The position numbers and the translations under genes are program-made. A DNA stretch of 64,000 nt from Sphagnum compactum (lineage: Eukaryota), in assembly GCA_965153455.1 (NCBI GenBank), contig OZ234493.1, positions 9,600,213 to 9,664,212 of the forward strand, in the 5' to 3' direction. Below are positions 1 to 13,996 of the stretch, piece after piece (within the stretch, counting starts at the first letter, position 1; each line of letters begins with the position of its first letter). The notes below the pieces were generated by a model. That model searched no databases and had not been told where the DNA came from. It worked only from the letters and a program-made list of their open reading frames with translations.

Positions 1-1089
1 TTCATTTTTCCTTTTCCTTTCTAAAGGAAATTTGTGGGAAACATAGGTGACTTCCACGGTTTTTTAATCCATGTATTAATTTTCTAGTATCATAGTACCT
101 AGGTAGCTTCGGCACAAATTATGTTATTTTTCAGTTTGCCAAAAAATTAGAATATTTTATGTCAAGATTTTTGAAAATTCAATCAAAGTGTACTTGAACC
201 CACACCATGTCCTACAAAATAACATAAATTATGATAAGTTTAAGTGAAAGGACAACATGAAACTTGTGAAATATCAAATCATTTTATTTTGTTTATTGCT
301 TATATGCCAAAATTTTCAAAAAAAAATTTCAAGTGTTGAATCAAAATTTAAAATTATATTAATTATTCACCACATTAGTGTTGAAGCTACTTAGGTATTA
401 GTAGTTAAGTTAATCATTCATTTAACAACTACTAAGAATAACTCCTTGATATTTTGGCTACATGTGGTTGTTATGTACCCATTTGCACACAAAAAAACTG
501 AAAAAAAATTCATTGATTTTTAGTTCCATGTGGACATAAAATACAAGTTAAAATGTCATGTCATATTCATCAGTACATTCACATCATATACATACAATTC
601 AAATGTGACTATAAAATGACTAGATCACAATCTATGTGTACATTATGGGCACATCAACCACTATAACATCAACATGTTATATATATTATTTGGAAATTGT
701 ATGCCACATCATGTCACAACTGTTCAATTGTTTTTACAATTTCACATCTTTAGCCCAAATATACATAATATGACCACATGTTCACATCATGCTAAACATC
801 CATTCAATAAACTATAACATATTGTTGGATGAGTAATGATCACCTAATGTTAGATGAGATTTACAAACAATTTAGAATTGCATTCATTAATTGCAACAAC
901 AACTAGATTGCAATCTACAAATATTGCCACATAAGGTGGACAATTGCAAATATGGTTCATAGTTGTTCTTTTAGTTGTTAAAGACTACCAATTGTTTAGG
1001 TAGTGGTTGCATAGGACATGGATTTTTCTAGTCTCATTGGACAATAAAAATTACGTTCCTTTAATTGACTAATTATAACATTACAACAT

Positions 1090-1640
1090 GAGGAGCAACA
1101 TCAAAAATCAAATTTTAGCAACAAATATTGATGAAGTTTTGATCATAAAGATTGAAAAATTCCAAGCCAAATAAAGTCAAGGAGTCAATTACAACAAGAT
1201 TAAGAGATTGAATGTGTGTTATGGTCAAGGAATTCATTTGTCTAACTTTGACAAACCACTTAATATCAAAAAGGAAGTTTGAATACTCAATAGTCAAGTT
1301 TTTGTCATAATTGTGGAAAAAATGACCATTGGTAAAGAGAATGCTTCCACCCAAAAGGCTATGCCACAAGAAAGCTACAAAATTTGGATACACATCCAAG
1401 TTGGTATTTGGATTTTGGTGCCTTAAAACACATAAAGTGACATAAGTAATGTTAGCATTTACAATATAAACATTGGCCTAGTAAAAATCAAACCAATAGG
1501 TGGTTATAGTCACATGGTTGAAGGCAAGGGTAATGTGATTCTACTCCATTGAAAAGGTATGAAACACATAATTGATGTGTTCCATGTTCTTTAGAGTAAC
1601 CAAGAACTTGTTGTCTATAGTTTGACCAATAATAAATAGA
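1090..1640 (+). mobile_element. Ty1/Copia LTR-retrotransposon gag-protease remnant (decayed)
   Basis: One frame gives a gag zinc knuckle CHNCGKNDHW*REC (1303-1344), then the Copia protease-like motif SWYLDFGALKH (~1399-1431). Further on come VEGKGNV and VTKNLLSI-type residues. Stops and frameshifts are present, and the boundaries are approximate. Confidence 0.75.
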
Positions 1641-2910
1641 GGATGCTATGTTGCTATTTATTCTTGCTACTATTGACATTTGGTATGGGTAAAATGTTGA
1701 TGTCTTTGGAGGGGAATTTGTTCATGTTGTTTGGACATGTTAGAATTGATAATGTTTTTTTTTTTGGGAGAGAAATTGACATTTGGCAATTACTATTGCT
1801 TGGAAGCTTCACTTGTTCAATGTAGTGTAAACAAAAGTGGAAGGGGAGAAACTTAAATCCCCTTCCTAACCTATCCTTAAACTAGAAAAAGAAAAAAAAT
1901 CTCACTACAAAACTTATTTTCCTCTTTTGAAAAGAAAGGACCAAAACGAACAAGAGGAAGGGCTCTTTCATTTCCTTTCCTTCACTAAATAGACATCAAT
2001 CTCCAAAGATAAAAATATCTCAAAACTCTAATACCAAAGGTGGAAGAGGAAACCTTTTTCATTATACAACTCATGTCACTAACTCCAAGGTGCAAATAAC
2101 ACCCACCTAACACACTTGTTGCTCTATACACCATCTATAGACCATGCCTAAATGCTAATAGTTCCTCTTTGCACACACAATTTGAACAACTAACCCTACC
2201 ACCCAATCACAATTCTTTGGTCTTCACAACAGGCATTCACAAATTTTCCCCTACCAACATTCAATCAATGAGAAGGACGAAAAGTTGTTGACCAATAAAA
2301 AACCTATAAGCTTCTACCATAGCTGACAACTCACCAGAAAAAAAAAAAAAATTAGGGTTGATACCCAAGGAGCAAAAAGGTGAGCTCCTTGGTATGAGTA
2401 TTGAAACTAGTACCAAAACCCTAACACTAGATTGAATGGGTATTCTCTAATTTTTTTCTAATCCAATTTTGATGTATGTTGATATCAACAAAGTATTTGG
2501 ACACTAGATACCAAACTAATATGGTACTTGATAATAGTGTTGATACTAGTTAATGACCTTAGATACTAAACCCACATTGATTAGGACCCATGGCCACCTT
2601 GCAAATAGTTATGGGTTCAAAGCCATGTTAGATGTTACCTTCAACGATAGTTGAGTTAAATATTGTATACAAACACTTGAAATTGTTACGTTAAGACAGT
2701 TAAAATGTGAGAAATATGACATGTTCCAACCAAGTTGCAAGACAAACTTACACATGTTCCAGCCAATCTGGCAACGGGCTTTTTCAAAAAGCATAAAGCA
2801 TGCCATCGTGTTTTCTTTTCCCCATAATACCTAGTGGGTATTCAGCAAGAACCTGCTGGGTATCACAAGAAACTTAATTTTAAAAACAACAACCGACAGT
2901 TTTTACGCCA

Positions 2911-3006
2911 TGTAAAGCCCTGAGGGGGTTACTGAATTTGGGCCTGCGCTCAGCTCTGCCTCATGGCGCCCTTATTCTAGTAAAGCCCGCCCCCAAGGGC
3001 TTTACA
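2911..3006. repeat. Small MITE-like element with terminal inverted repeat TGTAAAGCCCT...AGGGCTTTACA
   Basis: 11-bp perfect TIR seen directly. A shorter related derivative lies at ~41615-41659. Confidence 0.55.
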
Positions 3007-3725
3007 GTAAGTACATCTCAGAATTACACAATTTGAGAAGAAGTCTAAAAGGGTCCAGCATTTCACATTTTGCATCTGTAGTGACTAGCTAGTGGTAGAA
3101 TTCCGATTTGGCTACATTAGTTTGGTGGATCATTTCCTTGGAAATTTGTCAAGTCTTTGCTTTAAAATCTTCATTTTTTCTGGCAACCCATTTCGGTGAC
3201 TAATTAACACAGAACATCAGTGACATGTATACCCCCCCCATTTCTGAAATTTCTGAAAGCTTTGGGAGCTCAGGGTCTATGATGGTCAGCCGGGGCTTGA
3301 TCATCAAATTGCATATGGCAAAATGGATTATCAGGAAACAAGTTTTAGTACACATTTTCCTCCCATGCTTGAATGTCAGGCTATTATGATCTGAGAGGAT
3401 ACCAAGTGCAGGCCATTATTGAAAGATACTTTTCAACCAGAGAAAATGCATATTAGCTTCTGTACAATGTTCACAATGTTGATGTACAGAACCACAAGGC
3501 CCTACCATCCCTTATGCAAAAACTAAACAAGGACTGTCATACAACCCTTTGATGTAGAACCCTGCTCCTTACAGAACTCAGTAAAACCTGGAATTGGAAT
3601 ATATCCAACAACTGCTAATAAGCCTTCTTCATAGGATACAGAACCTGTACAGCTTTGTAAACCATCATCAGAAGCCACCTGGAAGGTGACTAGAATCTGT
3701 GAAGGTTTAAGGTAGGATAAATAAC

Positions 3726-5293
3726 CTACTGTGCAGGAACAGTCCTTGTAGCCTCCTTGATTCTTTCAATGGGTACCAAAGGAATGAAGTCGGCAAGAGG
3801 CAACTGCTTATCCTTCAAAACAGTTGCTAGGTTGTTGTAACTCTGAGCTCCAAGTTTAGCAGCTGGAGCAGCAAGATGAACAGCCTGAGGCACCAGTGGC
3901 ACTGTGAGTAACTTCTGCCATGCACTGTATGTCAACTGCTCAGCAGCAGGCTCATATCTCTGGTAGTATGAAGCTGCTGTTTCATAGAGTCCTTGATTTT
4001 GCACGTCTGCAACAACAGCCCTTGCAGCATCTGGTGCCTGCTTGGCCACATCATATGCTTGGGATGATTTCTCTTTCAGAAGTTGGGGTAGCATTTCATT
4101 AAGAAGTGCAAGTGTTTCATCCACCTGCCAACAGAAAATTTAGCATATCAAGAAACCTCACCACAAGAAGAAAAATAAAATTCCCTGGGAAGAAGAAACC
4201 CATGCAAAAAGGGAACAGCAAGAGAACTGACTCACCTTCTGGATGAGATTGACACTTCTTAAGACATTGCAATGATAAGAATGTTACACCTCACAGAAAT
4301 AGAACATTGGTCACACTCCACAGCAAACTATCTCAAAGCTTTGCTGGAAACCCTAAACTACAATCTGCTTATGACTGGAAATTCTCAAAGATTTCCTGGC
4401 AACTTCTGAACTAAAGTCTGCTTACAACTGGTAATTGCCACTCAAACAAGAAATCTAAACAACAAGACAAAGTTTCTGAAAAAAACAGCATACCTTGCTG
4501 TCCAAAAATTGCAGTAGCTCCAAAGGCTTGCCCTCAATCTTTTGATATACAGGACCCACGACTGTCTTGACTGTGCCTTCGACGTTATCAACACTTGGTT
4601 TCAACGGCCCCGAACTGTCCTTGGCAAGAGAATACAACGCCCCTAAACATCCCAATGCCTCAAGGGCAAGTGCGTGAACCAAGCTAAGATACTTCAGATT
4701 CGGCTCCTGCACCAGGTTAGAGGGAAAATACAGTTACTAACAACCTTCCAGATTTGCAAAGCGCATGACCGCAAGAGATACGCAATCCTCAGATAATGAT
4801 AAACTAAGAAGAACGCATGTGCATTCATGGATTTGAAAGGAAAGACCATTCCACAGAATTCACGTGATGAAAGGCAGCAGCAAAACAGAATCGCCAAGGA
4901 GACAGTGGTGGAAAACCTGGAAACTTTTAAGCGCTAGAAAATGATGACGTATCCCGCAACAGCATAACCTCATCTGCTATGGCAATTCTAAAGCTTCCTA
5001 CACAGGAATCGCGTTCATCGCCTCCTCGAGAAAATAGCTACAAGAAGAGACTATTTGAAGCCCGGGGAAAGCCTCGGGAGGAGGCATACAAAATCAGAAT
5101 AGACTATTTCAAGCCCGGGAGAAAGCCCGGAAGAAACACACGAAACCAGAATGGCTAAAGAACAAACTTATCAAAACATCACAAACGAAAACACAAAGAA
5201 AAGCAAACAAAACACACTGGCGGGGGTTTCAAATTGAAACTCGGCAATAGGCTTCAAGAATCACGGAAAGCGTACCTGTGTAGTATCAGCCAT
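3726..5293 (-). CDS. REF/SRPP family (rubber elongation factor / lipid-droplet-associated protein, LDAP-like), 3 exons, ~209 aa
   Basis: Exons 5293-5276 (MADTTQ), 4706-4494 (EPNLKYLSLV...LYSLAKDSSGPLKPSVDNVEGTVKTVVGPVY...LLQFLDSK) and 4124-3726 (VDETL...YEPAAEQLTYSAWQKL...IPLVPIERI...). Both introns are GT-AG, phase 0. The motifs are characteristic of REF/SRPP. Confidence 0.92.
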
Positions 5294-5934
5294 GATGACT
5301 GGTAACGACGACGACCACTGAGCGCTTGACGATTTCGATATGAAAAAGCCGAAGAAAACCTCCCTTCTCGCAAACAAAGAAAGAGTTCGAGCCGGGAGAA
5401 AAAAAAAACCCCCGCCAAAAAAACGAAGAGCGCAAGAAAAAAACACAAGGAGAAAAAGAAGTACTTCTCAAAGTGATAAGTTCGGCGACGGATTGGCAAG
5501 AATTATATCTTGTGCACAAGTCGTCGTCGTCGTCGTCGTCGGCAGAACACGATCAACACCGCAGCGAAGAGCGAGCGATGGGAAATGAGGCCGGAACGTT
5601 GCACGCGGGAGAAGCGCCGTCCAGGAACGCCGTGAAGAGCGCGCGGCGGAGACGCTTTGTTCCGAGCTTCGTTCCGAGGCTAAAGCTTCTGGTGTCCGAA
5701 GCTAATGGCACATTCTAGAAGCTACCAAGTAGGTACCTAGTACATACATAGTCGGTTGAAAACTTGAAATCTGCTGCCCGGTTCCGGAAAAAACTAAGTG
5801 GACGGTGAGATGGACATACAGGTGGGTCATCTACTGGTTCCACTTGGGATTCTCGTATTTCCCCACTTGTGACGTGAAGCGTTAACCGTGGGTGGGGACG
5901 ACTGTCGTGATGCGAACGAATGAACTATAGTGAA

Positions 5935-6014
5935 CACCAATTGTGTTCTGGAACAGGCCTCCACCAATTGCGTTCCGGAACTGGCTTCCCCCCATTGTGT
6001 TAGGGAACAGGCCC
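5935..6014. repeat. Three ~27-bp tandem units, each carrying a GTTCnGGAAC-like palindrome (HSE-like), upstream of the REF/SRPP gene
   Basis: Units read caccaattgtgttctggaacaggcctc / caccaattgcgttccggaactggcttc / ccccattgtgttagggaacaggccc. An additional TTCtaGAA lies at ~5713-5720. Confidence 0.6.
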
Positions 6015-9000
6015 CAGTTAAAATTGGAACCCTACCGGGCTCAACCGGTCCCCCAGATGGAACTATATATATATATAGGATTCAAATTGTACAAAATATT
6101 GCCCAATTATCATCCAAAGGGGATTTAATCAGTTATCCTCATTTTTAATTCATTGAAATTTTGAAAGCAATTAGGTTGGATAAACATTAAATCAGCTAAG
6201 CAAGTGAGGATTAAATCCTTGAATTAGGTATTTAAAGGAGAAGTTTTTATTAAAAATTAGCTTAATCTCAAAGAAGAAAAACATGTTAATCTTTTGAAAT
6301 AATTTTCAATATATTCAAATGAAATAACACATATTCACATTTGTATGAAATTGGAAAGATACAATAATCCAATTTTTTTTCAAAAAGATACAAAGATTCC
6401 AAAAGACATTGAAAGAAATAAAAAGATTTATTTCTCTTTCGATATCTTAAGATCCATAAGGACATTTTGAAACATTACAACTTGTAAAATGTTTATTATT
6501 AAAATTTCTGGTTTGGAATCGACTTCTAATAAATTTGCAGTTTGGAATTGTCTTTTTGTACGACGTACGATTATAACCCATCCCACCTAAACTAGCTCCA
6601 ATGAAATCATTGTCACTAGAATTATTGAAAAGGCATGTGGTAATGAAGTTTATCTTTAAAATGAATTTGAAAATAAAGTTCTAGTTGTTCCCATGCTTTA
6701 ATTATTTGGGGGTGGCTTGACCACTAAATATTTATGGAAGTCCACAATAGACACAAAAGGATAGTTTTTCAAAAAAATAAATAAATAAAATCGTCATTTT
6801 CTAGAATGGCTTGACGTTTAAAATTGCAAATGATAAGGTTTTAGCCATGATATACATTGGCTAAAAAGGTTTGCAATTTGGAGAAAACATGAAGTAACTC
6901 TTATTTAATATGGTCCCTTGACATTAATTGATATTACAAATGGCAAATGTATATGATCTACAATGCATAAGTCATTTCAAAATTGGTTTGACTTCATAAT
7001 TTCAAGAAAAGACACAATCAACACATGTGATGTTTAAATGCTTATTGGAATTGATTATGGAGGCACTTAACAAAGTTTTTTTTAATAAAAAATGTAAAGT
7101 TATTGTTCTTAAAATGTTATTTGTGATAATATTATTAAAACCTTTATTCATACAAGTATTTAATGCAAATTGTAAAATCAATTTTGGTGTACAAGATTGA
7201 AATTTTTGCATATAATGAATGAACTAGAATGGGACACGTGTATTTACTAGGAGTGAAATTAGAAATGTGATGTCATATGTCATGGGTAGGAAAGTTTTTT
7301 GAACTATGGAAATGTGTATGGACCATGGAATGTTCTTCTAGTAAATGACATTTTTGCCCAATGATATGCATGCGAGGAAATATGGCAAGCCTATAAAGAT
7401 GACATGTTTGAAAATGAGCGACCAAAAAGGTAGAATGTCATATGCTTAAACAATTTCATCACATAAGTATAATATCTTAATTCAAATAGTTAAAATTTGA
7501 GAACAAATAAGTGCTCCACACATACATTTTCTACCTAGTAAGATATCTTAAAAGTAACTATATGTGTCATAAGGATGGTAAAAAAAAATATGCCATGGTA
7601 GATTATCTATTGGTTTAGGCGATTATGCATTGAAAACCACAATTTATCATATTCAAGTGAGAATTTTGAATATAAATGTTGTTAGTACATTTTTCTTTTT
7701 AGGGAGTGAAATGGGGATATATTCCTATTGAACTTATTTGTTGGAAATATTTAATAATCATGGCCTACATGTATGGTGATGATTAGCTACCTTAGACCTA
7801 CAATGATGATTATCAATTTTATAATAAACAAAATAGGTTTGTTTTACATGTTCCTTTGAAATTCAAAAATATCATTCAAATTCAAAAAAAGTTGATTATT
7901 TCATAAACATGTTTAATGTAAATTATATGACCATTTTTGAAATTGATGTTAAAGGAAAATTACTAAATTTATTGGTTATTTTGGTAGTTTAGCAATACAA
8001 AATTATCAATAGAAGGTAGGAGTGGTTCCTTTGTTTTAAAGGAAGTCACTACCTTCACTATTTTAATTAACGGTTGATCTAAATATAAATTGGTAGTTGA
8101 AATTTAACCACTATAATAAGATGCAAGGTGAAAAGGATTTTTAGGTTGTTATTGAATGCACAATTCTCACTTTTGTAAAAGGTAAAAAATGATTACTACA
8201 AAGTTCAAACTACTTAAGTGGTTATTTTTTAATATGGTGTGCGAATGTAAAAACATGAATAGGGACAAAGATAAATAATACTAAGGTATTACGGAGTCGA
8301 GTAGCTTGGACAATATTGGTTTTAAATAATATAATGGTGTTTTGTGTGAAAACATTGCACTACACTACTACAATTTGTGTGTCTAATTGTTTTTGTGTTG
8401 AAATGATTTTTCTTAAATAATGTGATAGTCCTAAGATGGCAAGGATATGCATTATTGTGCAATGTAATTGGAAACACAATGCCACTAAAGTCATTTACTT
8501 GATTCTAACCCGATCTTAATATGTATGTTTTTAATGTTGTTAGTTGCAATAGGTTCCTACTAGGATTACCTAACTATTATAAATTATGATTCTTAATTTT
8601 TAATCAACTATCATATATTGCCTAATTCCAATGCTAATAATCTTTTACTACATTGGAATCTCTTACCTACATATAATTGAACTATAATAGATCAAATTTG
8701 AGTGTTGTTTGTTATAATATGACATTATCTACATTACCAAATTATTGTAAATCACAATATCTTGAGGTTACAACCTAGTAGTTGTTTATGCCTTATTTCC
8801 AACATCAGTAATATTCACTACTATAGTCATTTAGTTAAACATAAGTTGCCCATAATAGACTTGAATATAATGTTATTTCATGTAGTAGGTTTTTGCTAAG
8901 CTTATCTAACTATTGCAAATCATTTTTCTTTAAATTTTTCAACCAATAGTTTTTATTTTCATGTTTTCAAATCTAATCATGTCCACACTATTAGACTATT

Positions 9001-10971
9001 TTGATCTAATAAAACTTGGTGGAAACAATTCAAATTTTAATGTTATTATTTGTGTTGGAAACTCCAATAGGCCACCTATCTATCAAGCTAGTCATATGTA
9101 TTTATTATTCACCCTATAATCTTCATTACTAGAATTCAATTTAAATAATTATATTTGTTGGATAGTTGAAAGAGAATTTTTTTTCAATTGGTAATGATAG
9201 TTCAACTTTGAACACATTCAAGAAATAATCTATCAAAATCAAAGGCAAAACGTTCAAGCACAAAGATCTACAATTGGAATAAAACCTATTAAAAACCCTA
9301 GAAAGTTAAATTAAGAACATGAAGAACAAATCCTTAGTTTAGGCCCAAAAGAAGGCAAACATGTTATTTCATTAAGTGTGGTTGATTATGAAAAATATTT
9401 TGAAAATGTAGTCATGGAATGGAAAAAAAAATTTGTAGTTGTGATTGGACTTGAACACATCACAAACAATGAAAAATTAACTTGTTTACAAGGAGAAATT
9501 AACCATTATCTATGTTGATTACAAGGGAATTTGAGTTCTTTATATGGTGAGAATAAGTCACACTAAAGAGTTTTGAAACATGTCCCTTCTAGAGAGAATT
9601 ATGTTCAATCTATTTGCACATCCTTTGAATGGGCAATACACCCAAGGTCACATTGGATATGCATAAGCCTTAATTAGTTATATGGTAATTTTTATTTTTT
9701 TTGCAATCTTTCTCAACTTTTGTAAATTTGAAAAGAGTCCAATCATAATGCATGTTTCATGTTCATCTAAATTCATAACCCCAAAACAAACATTTTGTGT
9801 CAACAATACTTTGCAATAAAACCAAATAAAAAGAGTTTAGACAATAACATTTTTTCTCATGATTATTGGAACAAGAATTGGAATATGCAACCCATCAATT
9901 GCATTTGTAATGTGAGAAATTTCATGAATTGTTAATTCAAACTCATTTGCCCAAAACCTTAAACAAACTTTCATTCGATTTTTTTTTAATTTGTTTTTGC
10001 AATGAACCATTTTGATTGGCCCGTCACAAAAAAATATTAAAAAAAAAAATTGAAACTTAAAATACTCCTCAAAATAAAGTTTATATGTGAAGATGTAGTT
10101 ATTTTCCTTTGGCCTAACTATATAGGTAAAAAGATGATAACTAACCATATGTAATACAATTAATTGAGGTGCCAAAAAAAAGACATGGACAATGTATGTT
10201 ATTATGTAAGTATATTTGTGGCAAGGATGAATCAAATGCTTTGATTTTTGCATTTTGACATTGGATTTGACCTTTAAATTTTTTTTAAATATTGCAACAT
10301 GTGGACATTGTCCTCATTTTTAATTAAATAGATTTTTTAAATACTCAATTTTTTGCCCAAAAAAGAGATATATGATAAGGGTTAGTTGGACCCTACCCAT
10401 TTTTAAAAAATTCATGTTTTACATTTGAACCCTAATTTGATGGAAAAATTTTAGTCTTAAGATATCCTTATCCAATGGGTATATAAATTGATATATATAT
10501 ATATATATATATATATCCTTACCCCATGACATATAAAAAACAACATACTCACACAACATTGGTTTAAACTTACAATGCTTAGTAAAGTTGTTGAACATTA
10601 AACAATTTTTAATCAAAGATTTTTTTAAAAAATTAAAATTAAAATTAAGATAATTGGGCCAAGCTCTTGATATTGTTGGAAAGCCTATGAGTGTGATTTT
10701 TTAGACCTAAGGTGCGGAGAGATTTTGAATTTTGAATAATTTTTATTCTTGAAATTTTTAAATATTTTTCTCTCAATTGAGCTCTATCATCAAGGTATCT
10801 ATTCACACTTGAGGCAAATCTCAGAACCCCACATTAATGACTTACTAAATTTTCATGGTCGATGTCCATGGTCACGGTCCCTCACCATAGTGTAAAAGGA
10901 CCCTTAGTCAATTTCTTCTTTTAACTAATATAGAGCATTGCAATGGTATCGTATAGCCTCCTGCTTTATGA

Positions 10972-11093
10972 TGGGGTACAGCCCATAGGTAAGGGACGTT
11001 CCCAAAATGTGGGTCTGGACCTAGCGACCACCTCATCCTAGGCCCTTAAGTTACCTATTTGGGAACGCCCCCAGGCTGGGCCTTTACCGTACA
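10972..11093. repeat. MITE-like dispersed element, copy 1 (imperfect TIRs with GCCC/GGGC and TTCCCAAA/TTTGGGAA)
   Basis: Homologous to 45893-46006 (gcccataggt...ggacgttcccaaaatgt...ttgggaa...ctttacc.tacac). Confidence 0.6.
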
Positions 11094-11247
11094 CAAATAT
11101 AGGCCACAATTGTAGGGGTGGGTGGGGGGACTCTGACCTCTCTCTATCCAGAAACTTCCATAAGTGGGCCTTGATTAATCAAATACAGCCCGATTATTTT
11201 TTTCAAAAAAAGTATTAAAAAAAAAAGGCTCCATTCCAGTCGGCCAT

Positions 11248-11320
11248 GTTCTGGAACTTTCTCTAAAGCTCTGGACACCAAATGGTCAGTCAGTGTCGTT
11301 CTGGACGAACATTCTGGAAA
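11248..11320 (+). promoter_or_regulatory. Two perfect three-unit heat-shock elements (HSE) in the HSP70 promoter
   Basis: gTTCtgGAActTTCt (11248-11262) and cGAAcaTTCtgGAAa (11306-11320) are alternating nGAAn units, ~300-370 bp upstream of the ATG. Confidence 0.85.
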
Positions 11321-11616
11321 GGCTTAACCGCGAGTGGAACCCGTGGTCACAATATGGGTTAGCACCGCAACGCCAAGGCTACAAAGAGAGCTCGGAACAC
11401 GTCCGTCGCATATCTGCACACACACACGAACTCTCTCTCTACTCTGTCTCTTCCGATTCCGATTGTGTCCAATTCTCGCTCGAGTCACAAAAAAAACTTT
11501 TTGTTTACAGTATTTTTTTCTGGGCTTGAAGACAATCATCCGGCTATTGCGGTTTTTTAGATTAGAGTTTTTTGCGGGGATCGTTTTGTGGCTGTTGTTG
11601 TTGAGTAATAGTAGCG

Positions 11617-13996
11617 ATGGCAGGCAAGGGAGAGGGACCAGCAATTGGCATAGATTTAGGAACCACCTATAGTTGTGTGGGAGTATGGCAGCACGATCGT
11701 GTGGAAATCATCGCCAACGATCAGGGTAATCGTACTACTCCCAGCTATGTGGCATTCACGGACACGGAGCGGCTCATTGGCGACGCCGCGAAGAATCAAG
11801 TGGCCATGAACCCGACCAATACTGTCTTCGGTAATAATAATAATCTATTCGTCTCTACCGCTCTTGTTTTTCCAGTTTTCTTGAGGCTGCTGCGGTAGAA
11901 AGAAGTTTGATTGGTTTGCAGTCTGGTTTGTCATTGCATTGTTCGTTGGTTAGCATGTGGCGTCAGTGTGATTCATTTCGGGAATCGCACCTATTCTCGG
12001 TAAAGTGAAGAAGAAGTAGAATTGTGGAGTGTTTGATGCTTCGTGAGAATCCAAAATCTCTTTTTCCGTCTTTGCTTCTGCTTTATGTCTATCTCGAAAT
12101 GAGATATCTGTTGGATTAAAGATGTATTTGTTTGATTCTAGGTGAATCGGTTTAAGAAGGCTACGCATTCTTCGTTTCTCGGAAGTGTTCTCGCGAAGCT
12201 TTGTTATTTGTTTGGAGTTCACATGTTTGTGCTTTTTGCATGCAGATGCGAAGAGGTTGATCGGAAGGCGCTATACCGATGCGTCAGTACAGAGCGACAT
12301 TAAGCTATGGCCTTTTAAGGTCGTAGCAGGACCGGGGGACAAACCGATGATTTGTGTTCAGCACAAGGGAGAAGAGAAGCGATTTGCTGCTGAAGAAATC
12401 TCATCAATGGTTCTCATCAAGATGAAGGAAATTGCGGAAGCGTACCTTGGCATTACCATCAAGAACGCCGTCATCACTGTCCCTGCCTATTTCAACGACT
12501 CCCAGAGACAAGCCACTAAGGATGCGGGAGTCATCTCTGGCTTGAATGTGATGAGAATCATCAACGAGCCAACAGCAGCTGCCATCGCTTATGGTCTCGA
12601 CAAGAAGGCAACCAGCGTCGGGGAGAAAAATGTGTTGATCTTTGACCTTGGAGGTGGCACTTTTGATGTCTCCTTGCTTACTATCGAGGAAGGCATTTTC
12701 GAAGTGAAGGCAACAGCTGGTGACACGCATCTAGGAGGTGAAGATTTCGACAACAGGATGGTGAATCATTTCGTACAGGAGTTTAAAAGGAAATACAAGA
12801 AAGACATCACTGGCAATCCGAGAGCTCTTCGACGACTGAGGACTGCAGCAGAGAGGGCCAAACGCACTCTGTCATCCACAGCACAAACGACCATTGAAAT
12901 CGATTCCTTATATGAAGGCGTTGACTTCTACTCTACCATTACTCGTGCCAGATTTGAAGAGCTGAACATGGACATGTTCCGGAAGTGCATGGAGCCTGTG
13001 GAGAAATGCCTGAGGGATGCCAAGATGGACAAAAGCTCCATCCATGATGTTGTCTTGGTGGGAGGCTCTACTCGCATTCCCAAAGTGCAGCAGCTGCTTC
13101 AAGACTTCTTCAATGGGAAGGAGCTTTGTAAGAGCATCAATCCAGATGAAGCTGTTGCTTACGGTGCTGCAGTACAAGCTGCCATCCTCAGTGGTGAAGG
13201 AAACGAGAAGGTGCAAGATCTTTTATTGCTAGATGTGACTCCCTTGTCTCTAGGGCTTGAGACAGCAGGTGGAGTCATGACCACTCTCATACCCAGGAAC
13301 ACAACCATTCCGACAAAGAAGGAGCAAGTGTTTTCTACATACTCCGACAACCAACCTGGAGTGTTGATACAAGTGTTTGAGGGAGAGCGTTCCAGGACTC
13401 GTGACAACAACCTTCTTGGCAAGTTTGAGCTGTCTGGAATTCCTCCAGCTCCCCGGGGTGTTCCACAGATCACTGTCTGTTTTGACATCGATGCGAATGG
13501 CATTCTGAATGTCTCTGCAGAAGACAAGACCACAGGCCAGAAAAACAAGATCACCATTACCAATGACAAGGGAAGGTTAAGCAAAGATGAGATTGAGAAG
13601 ATGGTTCAGGAAGCAGAGAAGTACAAGAGTGAAGATGAGGATCACAGGAAGAAAATTGAATCCAAAAATGCATTGGAGAATTATGCATACAACATGCGGA
13701 ACACCATCAGGGATGAGAAGGTTGCTGGCAATCTTGATCCAGCTGATAAGAAGAAGATTGAAGATGCTATTGATGCTGCCATTCAGTGGCTGGATCAAAA
13801 CCAGCTGGCAGAAAGTGATGAATTTGATGATAAATTGAAGGAGCTTGAGAATACTTGCAATCCGATCATTGCTCGGATGTACCAAGGAGGAGCTGGAGCT
13901 GCAGGTGGGCCTTCTCCGTATGGCAATGTTGATGAAGATATGCCATCAAGTGGTGGTGGTGGTGGTGCTGGACCCAAGATAGAGGAGGTTGATTAG
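11617..13996 (+). CDS. HSP70: Cytosolic heat shock protein 70 (HSP70/HSC70), 2 exons, 654 aa
   Basis: Exons 11617-11830 and 12246-13996. The single GT-AG intron splits the Asp codon of TVF-D-AKRLIG, the position typical of plant cytosolic Hsp70. Motifs GIDLGTTYS and [12 protein letters not shown] and the C-terminal GPKIEEVD are present. Confidence 0.98.

Noticed and set aside
4236-4289. Possible poison cassette exon in REF/SRPP intron 2 (strong AG|GTGAGT donor at 4235)
   Set aside because: No convincing acceptor (only a GAG-type site) and no transcript evidence.
5254-5718. Cluster of overlapping short ORFs at the REF/SRPP 5' end (similarly 39706-40207 and 59944-60551)
   Set aside because: These are GC-rich or microsatellite-rich leader and promoter sequence that lacks stops by composition.
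6150-10300. Long AT-rich tract with coding-like patches (also ~19200-20700, 24050-25800, 43600-44650, 47450-47900)
   Set aside because: Probably decayed transposon or pseudogene sequence, but I could not recognise a diagnostic motif. A tBLASTx/HMM search would be needed.
12404-13977. Several antisense and alternative-frame ORFs over HSP70
   Set aside because: Fragmented antisense shadows, a well-known feature of conserved HSP70 coding sequence.
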